Assembly: GCA_026397405.1 (NCBI GenBank)
Contig: JAPLUW010000001.1
Span: 171,138-235,137, forward strand
Length of the DNA: 64,000 bases
Direction of reading: 5' to 3'
Origin: Candidatus Adlerbacteria bacterium
GTDB lineage: Bacteria > Patescibacteriota > Minisyncoccia > Phycocordibacterales > SBAW01
Shown one piece after another: positions 48,079 to 56,792 of this stretch (position 1 is its first letter; each line of letters begins with the position of its first letter). Below the pieces are notes generated by a model. That model was not told the DNA's origin. It did not search any database and saw only the letters and a list, made by a program, of their open reading frames with translations. A program made the translations under genes and the position numbers.

Positions 48079-48393
48079 ATGGAATCTACTGCACTGAAAC
48101 AGAATGCGTGGGGAGGAGCTAGAGTTGGGGCTGGCGCTCCCATTTCCTCAAGAACTCTGGAGACTCAAAAGATACGTGAGCTAATGCTGAAACGCTTGAA
48201 GCCTCGTGCAAAGAAAGTCTTCGATGCTCTCATAGACGCTGCTGAAAATGGAGACGTTGCCGCTACTCGACTACTCTTTGAATATTCTCTTGGCAAACCA
48301 AAAGAGCAGATTGAGCACACGGGAAATATGGGGATCCTTCACTTAATTTCTTCGTTAGAAAAACAAACTAATGCTCGAACGACAGAGAGCTAA
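48079..48393 (+). CDS. phage terminase small subunit-like protein
   Basis: GGARVGAGAP and A..GDVAA..LL...LGKP motifs. Confidence 0.5.
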   Translation: MESTALKQNAWGGARVGAGAPISSRTLETQKIRELMLKRLKPRAKKVFDALIDAAENGDVAATRLLFEYSLGKPKEQIEHTGNMGILHLISSLEKQTNARTTES

Positions 48394-48913
48394 CTATAGT
48401 CGCCATTTCATTATGTAGGACTGTGAGATCTGTGGAGGTAGCTGAGGGAGGAAGTATGGCAATACTCAGGCGTTCTTTGTTATCCGGCGTATTAACTATG
48501 AGCCAGTCAACATATTTCCCATATTTAACAGATATTGCCTGCTGACCACCAACTTGTATCGTTTCGTATCCTTGGGACACATCGTAGCCAGAATTAGAGC
48601 TTTTAAGCCAGTCTAGAGGCGTTTCAGATGGACTAATCTTTCTAGGGCTAATAACTATTGCTCCTGCCTCCTCAATAGCCTGATTCTTCGTGGAGGCAAT
48701 TGGCAATACATATATCCAACCTCCGTCAGTGTTGTTTGTATCATTACCAACAAGAAAATTATCTGCTGAATATTTGAAGGAGAAGCCAAATTCTGTTGCG
48801 TTATAGGTTTGGATATTTTCTGCCTTGATTGGGTGGTGGAGAATTAAAAAGATTGAAATGAATGCCACCATTATCAGAATCAAAAAGATTAAAAAACTAT
48901 GTCGTTTTTTCAT
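48368..48913 (-). CDS. secreted PsbP-like hypothetical protein
   Basis: Signal/TM; YNATEFGFSFKY; IQVGGQQA; IVSSLSF. Confidence 0.6.
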   Translation of the reverse strand: MKKRHSFLIFLILIMVAFISIFLILHHPIKAENIQTYNATEFGFSFKYSADNFLVGNDTNNTDGGWIYVLPIASTKNQAIEEAGAIVISPRKISPSETPLDWLKSSNSGYDVSQGYETIQVGGQQAISVKYGKYVDWLIVNTPDNKERLSIAILPPSATSTDLTVLHNEMATIVSSLSFEH

Positions 48914-49029
48914 ACTCCAAAAACAGTTATATACGCTGTTTTGATTACCCAAAAGATTACTACTAGGAAAAGAAACCAACAGAACAAACTCATTAGAAAA
49001 CTTCCAAGTGACTCTGGTTCTTGCTTCAT
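48910..49029 (-). CDS. small membrane protein (39 aa)
   Basis: Manual translation MKQEPESLGSFLMSLFCWFLFLVVIFWVIKTAYITVFGV; ATGA overlap with next gene. Confidence 0.5.
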   Translation of the reverse strand: MKQEPESLGSFLMSLFCWFLFLVVIFWVIKTAYITVFGV

Positions 49030-49051
49030 AAACATTAGTTAACTAATAGTT

Positions 49052-49177
49052 CCAGAGGTGGAAACACAAATCCCACCGCTAGGAGGCTTGCGCCCTATGT
49101 AAGTTTCCCTACATAACATGCAACATGCCCTAACGATGGGGTTTCTATGTTGCATGGTTTTCAACCTTACCTCTGGA
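49052..49177 (-). ncRNA. multi-stem structured RNA (c4-antisense-like architecture)
   Basis: TCCAGAGGT/ACCTCTGGA closing stem, CATGCAACAT/ATGTTGCATG, CCCATCGTTAGG/CCTAGCGGTGGG, GGC-GCAA-GCC. Confidence 0.45.
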
Positions 49178-49302
49178 CTCTTTCCAAAGGGTTAGGTTCT
49201 TTTCTCCCTATTCAATTGTCGAACCCCTTTAGTTTAACGTTCTTTTCAAAATGGCAAAGGAGGCTGTTTAGGAGCAGTTTTTGTGTGTACTATCAAAGCT
49301 AT

Positions 49303-50028
49303 ATGACATGGGTGTCAGATAAGAAAATTCTTGAGCATTTTAGTGATCTCAGAGAAAGGAAGGATTTTTTGAAGTTAGTGGCAAAAGTGCGCCACAATGC
49401 ACACCTTCCTTCTGCTGGCCTAGATATCACAAAAATCATAAAAGAGAATGGGCATTCTATCTTTTTTTGGGAAGCTCATGTATCTACGAACGATCGAAGG
49501 ATTATCGAAAAGGGCGCTAAAGAAATTTTGAAGAGACTTAATCTGGGACCGCATTTAGAAGAAATAATAATCTCTTATATTGCCAAGGGAGATGGTTATG
49601 ACAAAGGTTTGACTTCCAGTGTCTCCGTGACTGTTGGTTGTTTACTATCAGAACAGGACGATCACTTTCTCATGTATATCTATCCTGAGGCAACTCAAAA
49701 CCATACAATCCAGTTTCTGAAGGATAATTGGGACTACATAAAATATTGGCTCCAAGAAAAACATCCAGAGCGGCAAGCGTTGAAGGTTAAGAAGAGAACA
49801 CAGCGTGATCGAGATAGAAAAATTATCGAGCTTTATGATTGGGGAGTTCTAAAAGCTTCGGGAGTATATAACCTAAAAAACGCAAAAGTTTTTTTGGCCA
49901 CAAGAGGGATAGAAGTGGATGATGTTTTGGACATATATAAAAGTTTTAAAAGATTGAACTACGCACTACCCAAACCTGACGCTATCAAAAAGGTAGTTCA
50001 AAGATACAACAAACTTCGCAAGAGTTAA
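49303..50028 (+). CDS. hypothetical protein (island)
   Basis: Long ORF; basic C-terminal RDRKIIELY segment suggests DNA binding. Confidence 0.6.
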   Translation: MTWVSDKKILEHFSDLRERKDFLKLVAKVRHNAHLPSAGLDITKIIKENGHSIFFWEAHVSTNDRRIIEKGAKEILKRLNLGPHLEEIIISYIAKGDGYDKGLTSSVSVTVGCLLSEQDDHFLMYIYPEATQNHTIQFLKDNWDYIKYWLQEKHPERQALKVKKRTQRDRDRKIIELYDWGVLKASGVYNLKNAKVFLATRGIEVDDVLDIYKSFKRLNYALPKPDAIKKVVQRYNKLRKS

Positions 50029-50188
50029 ATTAGGGAAGTATTTTCAAAGGAAATATGTCGGCTGGCTGCCGACTCTTTTTATTTTACCGTCAGCGCATGG
50101 TCGAAATTAATAACAACCAAGCGCACACGACAGAACTTCAAGAAATTGAAGACTTTTGTGTGCGGTTGGCACCAGAACTCATCAAAAT

Positions 50189-50584
50189 ATGGAAGAGAAC
50201 GAAGAGCAGTCCATGAAAAGAATGGGCGAACTCATGCATACTCCTTCCTTTGTTGCAGACGACCCAGACGACGCAAAGTATTCACTAATTATGCACGGCC
50301 TCTGTAAAAAGTACGGAGTAAAAGAGCCTCTGGAGCGTCATATTTTTTCAATCATTGAAAATATGTCCAGAAATATGCTCTGTGTCTACAAATTAGAACA
50401 GTTTGCTAAATATTCAGGCGGCACACCCGAAGAGATAGAAAGGGTGCTTGAAAAGCTTGAACACCGAAACTGCATCGTCAGAGGTAAGGCAAAACAAACG
50501 AATGGTTGGAGATTGACTGAGGAAGTCCGGCGATCTGCAAAATGGTTTAAGGAGGCTATCAAACTGAAAACAAAACATGGGTAA
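50189..50584 (+). CDS. winged-HTH protein (possible replication/regulatory)
   Basis: LEQFAKYSGGTPEEIERVLEKLEHRNCI. Confidence 0.55.
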   Translation: MEENEEQSMKRMGELMHTPSFVADDPDDAKYSLIMHGLCKKYGVKEPLERHIFSIIENMSRNMLCVYKLEQFAKYSGGTPEEIERVLEKLEHRNCIVRGKAKQTNGWRLTEEVRRSAKWFKEAIKLKTKHG

Positions 50585-50905
50585 AATCCTAATTAATTTT
50601 ATAACGAAGTTATAAAAAATTCTTAATTAAGCTTTTTTTAAAAGCTTCTTTATAAAAAAGCCCTAGGAAGGGAGGAAGGTTGATAAGTCTGGCGCTCCCC
50701 CGCTTCGCCTCAGAGGTTGTGGCTTCTTTACCTCCCCTAAGCCTCAAAACTGGTGTTTACGCAGAGAAAGCACGAAGGCTGGGAGGAATCACCACTCTGC
50801 ACAGGTTCCAACGTTCTAAGTGGTTTTACGCAGATTAAAAAAATTAAAAAACTCTGCGGTTTCCAGAAGGATAAAAATAACGAGGTTAACTTAAACAATA
50901 ACAAT

Positions 50906-51244
50906 ATGAAAAAAGCAATTATCTACGCTCGAACAAATTATTGGGGTGAATGGGCAGATATAAATCTATCAGTGCAAGAAAAAAGTTGCCGGCGACATGC
51001 AGAAGCCTACGGCTACACAGTAATCAAAATCTTTAGGGACAAATCCTATAGACGCAGAGAGGGACGGCGTCAGCTACCTCAACTGTTTCAGTATCTACAA
51101 AACAATCCCAACAAAGTTGACGCTCTGTTTATAGCAGAACAAAAAGTACTAGCGGCACATTGGCCGGACTACTTAGCACTCCGTGAAAGATTGAAGACAT
51201 ACGGAGTAAAAATTGAATCAATCAAGTATAGATTAAAAAGATAA
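50906..51244 (+). CDS. stand-alone serine-recombinase catalytic-like domain lacking the nucleophile Ser
   Basis: MKKAIIYARTN (vs YxRVS), Q...CRRHA..GYTVIKIFRD, RRQLPQL. Confidence 0.7.
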   Translation: MKKAIIYARTNYWGEWADINLSVQEKSCRRHAEAYGYTVIKIFRDKSYRRREGRRQLPQLFQYLQNNPNKVDALFIAEQKVLAAHWPDYLALRERLKTYGVKIESIKYRLKR

Positions 51245-51273
51245 AGGCACGTTAAAAACCAGATAAAATAATT

Positions 51274-52848
51274 ATGAAAAAGATATCAAAAGAAGTTGAA
51301 CGCCCAAATACCTGCGTCATTTATGTGCGGGTGAGTTCAGAGGAGCAAGTTAGAAATTATAGTTTAGGCAGTCAGGAAAAAGCCTGCAGAGACTACGCGG
51401 GGAGGCAGGGATGGAACGTACTTGAGGTTTTTGTTGAGAAAGGTGAATCTGCAAAAAACTCTGAAAGAACAGAGCTGCAAAAGATGCAACAGTACTGCAT
51501 AAAAAATGCGGATAGAATCGGATATTTACTCATCTATAAAGTGGATAGATTCGCTCGAAACCCTATAGACCACTTTGCAATAAAATTGCTACTCCGTAAC
51601 TGTCGTGTAGAGCTTAGATCGGTCACAGAAGAAATTGACGAAAGTCCTCAAGGGAAATTGTCCGAAGGAATGCTCGCTGTGTTTGCTGAATTTGATAACA
51701 ATATCCGCACTGAACGGAGCGTGGGAGGAATGATATCAAAAGCCCAAGATGGTTGTTGGCCAAGCGTCGCACCTTGGGGATACATGAATATAGAGAATGA
51801 AGCACAAAGAAGAATCATCGTCCCCCATCCAGAGAGAGCTCCTATCGTTAAGTTTATCTTCGAAGAGTTTGTCAGAGGGGCGGTGAGATACAAAGAACTT
51901 GCACTCAAGGTGAATAAGATGAGTGATGTACGCACTCGGCATGGCTGCAAAGTAAGCAAACAGTTGGTCTATAAAACTCTACGCAATCCAATTCATTGCG
52001 GGAGGGTGGTAATTCCAAAATGGAATGTAGATGTGCAAGGCAAACATGAGCCAATAATTTCGAAAGAATTGTTTGAGGAGGCACAGACCATCATGAACAG
52101 CGGGAAGCGGAGCAAGTTACCGAGACATCAGGATAATCCTGACTTCCCTCTTAGAGGACTAATGTGTAGGTGTGGCGCACACTTGTCTGGAGGCTTCAGT
52201 ACTGGCAGAAATCAGAAATACGCCTACTACGGATGTAGTAGAGACTGCTCTTATAGAACAGCTATACGCAAATCAGACTTTGAAGATGATTTCACTGAAT
52301 TCTTGGAATCTATCACTCCTAATCCTGTCGTGCTTGAAGCTCTCAAAGAAGCAATGGTAGTCTCGTACGAAAAAGATAAGGCGGATAATATTCAGCGGGT
52401 ACGAAAAATAGAAGTACGGTTGCAGAAGGTTGAAAAGGAAATGGAGTCGCTCTTGTCTATTAAAATACGTGGATTGATTGACGATGATTATTTCCTACGC
52501 ACGAATGAAAAATTCAAAGCGGAGAAAAGAGAACTGGAGACAGAGTGGAGGGGTATGGAAAACCCAGACGTAGAAGTTAAAAAGGCTGTTGAGTTCGGAA
52601 TTCGGGTAGTCCAAGAGTTCCCTACTATGTGGAGGGAGTTAGAACCTGGAGAGCTTCGGGTTTTAAGAGGTCTATTCTTCCCCCAGAATCTGGTCTTCCA
52701 GTATCGAGGTTTTAAAACCGCTCATTTAGCCCCAATCTACAACCTAAAATCGACAAACGCTGACCAATTGAACCATCAGGGGTGCCTACTGGGAATCGAA
52801 CCCAGATTGCGAGTTCCACAAACTCGAGTGTTAACCGTTACACCATAA
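51274..52848 (+). CDS. large serine recombinase (integrase)
   Basis: YVRVSS, DRFARN, APWGY, HEPIIS, zinc ribbon CRCG...YYGC; 3' end reads through att into antisense tRNA-His. Confidence 0.95.
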   Translation: MKKISKEVERPNTCVIYVRVSSEEQVRNYSLGSQEKACRDYAGRQGWNVLEVFVEKGESAKNSERTELQKMQQYCIKNADRIGYLLIYKVDRFARNPIDHFAIKLLLRNCRVELRSVTEEIDESPQGKLSEGMLAVFAEFDNNIRTERSVGGMISKAQDGCWPSVAPWGYMNIENEAQRRIIVPHPERAPIVKFIFEEFVRGAVRYKELALKVNKMSDVRTRHGCKVSKQLVYKTLRNPIHCGRVVIPKWNVDVQGKHEPIISKELFEEAQTIMNSGKRSKLPRHQDNPDFPLRGLMCRCGAHLSGGFSTGRNQKYAYYGCSRDCSYRTAIRKSDFEDDFTEFLESITPNPVVLEALKEAMVVSYEKDKADNIQRVRKIEVRLQKVEKEMESLLSIKIRGLIDDDYFLRTNEKFKAEKRELETEWRGMENPDVEVKKAVEFGIRVVQEFPTMWRELEPGELRVLRGLFFPQNLVFQYRGFKTAHLAPIYNLKSTNADQLNHQGCLLGIEPRLRVPQTRVLTVTP

Positions 52849-52853
52849 GCACC
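52781..52853 (-). tRNA. tRNA-His(GTG)
   Basis: GGTGCTTATGGTGTAACGG...TTGTGGA...GGTTCGATTCCCAGTAGGCACC; G-1:C73. Confidence 0.95.
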
Positions 52854-52910
52854 ATATTTCGCACCTGCTGTCCCCTATATATAGCAAACTGCGGCACTAA
52901 GAGCCAGCAA

Positions 52911-53897
52911 TTACACTTGTTTGCGGCGCTCGCGCAAAGACGAGAAATATGAAGCACCTATAAACAACAAACTAATAGACCCCGCAACCGCGTCAGGTAC
53001 CGGCTTAAACAAACCTATAAACATGCACAGCGACAGCGCCCCTATCGCCCAGTAGGCACCGTGTTCCAAGTACACCAATGTTGCAAGCGTCTTTTTTTCT
53101 ACTAACAACACCGTAAACGTTCGAACAAAGTATGCGCCGATGCCAAGCCCCACGACAATAATAAGCAACTCCGATGTTAGCGTAAAAGCACCAACTACGC
53201 CGTCGAACGAAAACGCTGCGTCTAACACGTTTAGGTACATAAACAATCCAAACCCCTGTTTTGCAACCTGTGCACCCGACGTACCAAGCATGTCGACCAC
53301 GCCTTCCATCAATACAAACAACACAATTCCAACAGCGCCTGCGCCAAGTATCACAGCCGCATGCACAGGCGAAAGCCACGCACACAACAACAGCAAAGAC
53401 AGCGCGACGGCGACTTCAATGGCCTGGACTTTCCCCCACGACACAAGCCTTTGTTCGACAAACCCTATCCAGTGCACCCGCTTTGCTTCGTCAAAAAAAT
53501 ATTTGAGCGCTACCATCGCCAAAAATGCCCCGCCAAGAGCGTGTATAACCGGTGCAGCACCTTCCACCAAACGTGCGTACTCTGCAGGGTTGTTAAACAA
53601 CAGCATCAGCAGCACGTCAGGCGAAATAGCGGCTGCGAGCGACACAAGCAACACCGGGAAGACAAGCCGAGTCCCCACAACCGCGATAAACATACCCCAC
53701 GTTAAAAAACGCTTGCGCCATTTTTCGTCCATGCGCATAAGCACACGAGCATTAACGACCGCGTTGTCGAACGACAGCGACACTTCCAGCACCGTCAAAA
53801 AAAGCACCAGCGCCAAGGCCTCCATTCCGCCCCACACATAGGTTGCAACGAATGCAACGACCGACACCAGCACCGGTCCGATAAAAAGTTTTAACAT
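52911..53897 (-). CDS. DUF475 / TerC family membrane protein
   Basis: LEVSLSFDNAVVNA, LDAAFSFDGVVGAF, YLEHGAYWAI. Confidence 0.9.
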   Translation of the reverse strand: MLKLFIGPVLVSVVAFVATYVWGGMEALALVLFLTVLEVSLSFDNAVVNARVLMRMDEKWRKRFLTWGMFIAVVGTRLVFPVLLVSLAAAISPDVLLMLLFNNPAEYARLVEGAAPVIHALGGAFLAMVALKYFFDEAKRVHWIGFVEQRLVSWGKVQAIEVAVALSLLLLCAWLSPVHAAVILGAGAVGIVLFVLMEGVVDMLGTSGAQVAKQGFGLFMYLNVLDAAFSFDGVVGAFTLTSELLIIVVGLGIGAYFVRTFTVLLVEKKTLATLVYLEHGAYWAIGALSLCMFIGLFKPVPDAVAGSISLLFIGASYFSSLRERRKQV

Positions 53898-53925
53898 ACC
53901 AACAACTATACTAGAGAAAACAGTG

Positions 53926-54009
53926 TGCCCAGGAGAGGACTCGAACCTCCAACCCCTTGCGGGGGCTACCACCTCAAGGTAGTGCGTCTACCAATTTCGC
54001 CACCTGGGC
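53926..54009 (-). tRNA. tRNA-Leu(GAG)
   Basis: GCCCAGGTGGCGAAATTGGTAGACGC, loop TTGAGGT, long variable arm, GGTTCGAGTCC. Confidence 0.96.
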
Positions 54010-54055
54010 ATAGGTTGCGTGTGTACTATATCGGACAGTTACTATTTTATCAATT

Positions 54056-54089
54056 AAAAAACCGCCTCGGAATTCCAGGGCGGTTTTTT
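54056..54089. terminator. terminator after rplS
   Basis: AAAAAACCGCC...GGCGGTTTTTT. Confidence 0.8.
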
Positions 54090-54102
54090 GTTTTGATGAA
54101 AA

Positions 54103-54585
54103 TTACTCTGCTGAAACTTCTTCTGCCTGAGTTTCTAGGGTAGGTTCCTCAGGAGCGACTTCGTTGGCTGATGCCTTTGCCGACGGCTCGATGCGGATAG
54201 ACTTGCGCATCGCACGCTTAACTTCAGACGCTGCCTTGCGGCGGATAAAGTAAAGTTTTGCGCGGCGGGTACGTGCACGGCGGAGCACTTCGACTTCGTC
54301 GATCATCGGCGAGTAAAGTGGGAAGATTTTCTCAACCCCTACACCGCTGGAGACTTTGCGGACAGTAAACATAGCACCCGACTCGGCACCGTGTTTAACC
54401 GCGAGTACCAAGCCTTCAAACGCCTGGCGGCGGAGGTTTTTAGTAGTTATTTCTTTTTTGTTAGCAGCCTTGCCTTTTTTAAGTTCGACAATGTTCTGCC
54501 ACACGCGGACGGTGTCGCCCGAGCGGATACCAAGCGCCGCGCGCGCTTCTTTATTAACAGGGCTTGTTTTAACTGCGGTTTGCAT
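54103..54585 (-). CDS. rplS: 50S ribosomal protein bL19
   Basis: GDTVRV, QAFEG, FTVRKVSSGVGVEKIFPLYSP, RRAKLYFIR. Confidence 0.96.
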   Translation of the reverse strand: MQTAVKTSPVNKEARAALGIRSGDTVRVWQNIVELKKGKAANKKEITTKNLRRQAFEGLVLAVKHGAESGAMFTVRKVSSGVGVEKIFPLYSPMIDEVEVLRRARTRRAKLYFIRRKAASEVKRAMRKSIRIEPSAKASANEVAPEEPTLETQAEEVSAE

Positions 54586-54608
54586 GATGAGAGGACTGTA
54601 CCACATTG

Positions 54609-55304
54609 CTACTGGCTGCGCAATTGAGCCTCCGCTGTTACAAATTCTGGAGGCAGAGGCGCGGTAAATGTCATCTCTTCACCCGACGGATGCGTAATAG
54701 TTATAGAAAGGGCGTGCAAGGCGAGCCTTTCGAACCCCAAGAGTTTCGGGCGGCCCGGCGCATAGAGGCGGTCGGACAATACCGGGTGCTGAATTGACGA
54801 AAAGTGGACACGGATCTGGTGTGTGCGGCCAGTCTTGGGGAAGACTTCAACATAGCTGGCCCGGTCGCCTTCTGTTGCAAGGGTCGTACGTGCTATCACG
54901 CGAAATGTTGTGAGGGCTTCGCGCATCTGGCCGTGCGCCTGTTTTGTCGAGCGCGGTCCCATGCCGCCGCGGGCATTACCTATGGGTTTGTCTATCACTC
55001 CCCGTTCGTCTTGTATCACTCCGTGTACAAACGCGCGGTACACCTTGCGCACTTCTCGTTCTGCAAACTGCTCTTTTAAAAATGCATGTGCCTCCTGCGT
55101 GCGGGCAACAAGCAGCACACCGGATGTTTCGCGGTCGAGCCGGTGCACAAAATGAAAATTGCCGACGCCGTACTTTTGCTCCAACCACGCGTCGAGCGCC
55201 GGGTAGTCGTGTTTGCCGTCTGGGTAGACAATAATCCCCGACGGTTTGTCTAGGGCAATAATATCCGCATCTTCGTACAGTATGTATGGCTCTTTAATAG
55301 TCAT
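54609..55304 (-). CDS. RluA family pseudouridine synthase
   Basis: KPSG, HRLDRETSG, TGRTHQIRVH, LALHA. Confidence 0.95.
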   Translation of the reverse strand: MTIKEPYILYEDADIIALDKPSGIIVYPDGKHDYPALDAWLEQKYGVGNFHFVHRLDRETSGVLLVARTQEAHAFLKEQFAEREVRKVYRAFVHGVIQDERGVIDKPIGNARGGMGPRSTKQAHGQMREALTTFRVIARTTLATEGDRASYVEVFPKTGRTHQIRVHFSSIQHPVLSDRLYAPGRPKLLGFERLALHALSITITHPSGEEMTFTAPLPPEFVTAEAQLRSQ

Positions 55305-55305
55305 G

Positions 55306-56640
55306 TTAGCTGGTTATAACTGCCCACACGAGCCAACAGTTAAGTACTGTAATAATACCCGCAACTACGCTCGCAAGTACTGTCACCCACAGCGGGTTTA
55401 CAAACGTACCCATAATGCGTTTTTGTGAGGTGAAGTAAATAAGGGGAAAGAGTGCAAACGGCAACTGCACACTTAACACGACCTGGCTTAAGATAAGCAG
55501 TTGTGTAAGAGAGTTGCCTCCAAACCACACAACAACAAGGAGCGCAGGTATAAGTGCTAAGCCGCGGGTCAGCATGCGCGTAAGCCACGCGGGCAGACGC
55601 AGGTCGAGGAACCCTTCCATTATTATCTGTCCTGCGAGCGTCCCGGTGATTGTCGAATTTTGTCCCGACGCAAGTAGGGCCAGTGCAAACAAGACAGCCG
55701 CAAGCGTGCCCCCAAGCACCGGGGCAAGCAGCCTGTAGGCACTTTGTAGGTCAGAAACTTCTGTGAGACCGTGGGCATTAAACGCAGCCGCGGCAACAAT
55801 TAAAATTGCAGCATTTACAAAAAATGCGAGCGACAGTGCAATAGTTGAGTCGAGTGATGTGTAAAATACCGCCTCCTTTTTACCTTCTTCTGTTTCTTGG
55901 TAGTTGCGCGTCTGCACGAGCGACGAGTGCAGGTACAAATTGTGCGGCATCACGGTTGCACCAATGATACCAATAGCTACATACAACATCTCTTTGTTAA
56001 ATATAATGTCTGATGAAGGTATAAAACCCACAAACAATTGTGCAAACGCCGGGTGGGCCCACGCAACGTCTATGGCAAAACACACGCCAATAGTTGCAAT
56101 AAGTACTATGACAACTGCCTCGAGCCAACGGAAACCAAACCGCTGTAACATGAGCAACAACAACACGTCGGCACCAGTTATAAGCACGCCCCACATAAGT
56201 GGGATGTGGAACAAAAGTAACAATGCTATAGCCGAACCAATAACTTCAGCCAAGTCGCACGCAACTATCATCACCTGCGCCATCACCCACAAAAAAATAA
56301 CTGCGGGTTTTGGAAAATGGTCGCGACACAGCTGTGCCAAGTCGCGCCCGGTTGCGATACCAAGTTTTGCACATAGGTGCTGAAAGAGCACCGCTGCTAA
56401 GTTGGAAAGCAAAATAACCGACAGCAGTTTGTATGCAAATGCCGAACCGCCGACCAAGTCGGTTGCCCAGTTCCCTGGGTCCATATAGCCCACTGCTACA
56501 AGGTAGCCGGGCCCCGAAAACGCGAGCAACTTCCACAGCCAGTGGCCGCCCGTAGGTACAGAGACAGAACGATGGGATTCTTTCCCGTCGCCTTCTGCCC
56601 CGCCCCAGCCTTTTGCTGCAAGTAAATTACGATGTGTCAT
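55306..56640 (-). CDS. mntH: Nramp family divalent metal transporter
   Basis: YMDPGNWATD, GATVMPHNLYLHS, GQNSTITGTLAGQ. Confidence 0.96.
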   Translation of the reverse strand: MTHRNLLAAKGWGGAEGDGKESHRSVSVPTGGHWLWKLLAFSGPGYLVAVGYMDPGNWATDLVGGSAFAYKLLSVILLSNLAAVLFQHLCAKLGIATGRDLAQLCRDHFPKPAVIFLWVMAQVMIVACDLAEVIGSAIALLLLFHIPLMWGVLITGADVLLLLMLQRFGFRWLEAVVIVLIATIGVCFAIDVAWAHPAFAQLFVGFIPSSDIIFNKEMLYVAIGIIGATVMPHNLYLHSSLVQTRNYQETEEGKKEAVFYTSLDSTIALSLAFFVNAAILIVAAAAFNAHGLTEVSDLQSAYRLLAPVLGGTLAAVLFALALLASGQNSTITGTLAGQIIMEGFLDLRLPAWLTRMLTRGLALIPALLVVVWFGGNSLTQLLILSQVVLSVQLPFALFPLIYFTSQKRIMGTFVNPLWVTVLASVVAGIITVLNCWLVWAVITS

Positions 56641-56668
56641 GACACAAACACCTTTCAAACAGTGGATG

Positions 56669-56741
56669 TGGGCGATACAGGACTCGAACCTGTGACCTTC
56701 TTGGTGTAAACAAGTTGCTCTACCAACTGAGCTAATCGCCC
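56669..56741 (-). tRNA. tRNA-Val(TAC)
   Basis: GGGCGATTAGCTCAGTTGGTAGAGC, loop TTTACAC, GGTTCGAGTCC. Confidence 0.95.
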
Positions 56742-56792
56742 GAACGCTACGCTCCCAAGATACCGCATTATGCCGTCTAAAACAACGCGCTT

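Larger units (their letters stand above)
42998..52787. mobile_element. 9.8-kb integrative island in tRNA-His 3' end (large serine recombinase)
   Basis: GGGTGCCT core at 42998-43005 and 52780-52787; rejoined ends give IR TTGAACCATCAGG-GGTG-CCTGACGGTTCAA; visibly AT-rich; recombinase at right end. Confidence 0.88.

Noticed and set aside
50598-50614. ACGAAGTTAT resembling a loxP arm
   Set aside because: Only a partial single arm inside a short palindrome; no 8-bp spacer, second arm or tyrosine recombinase
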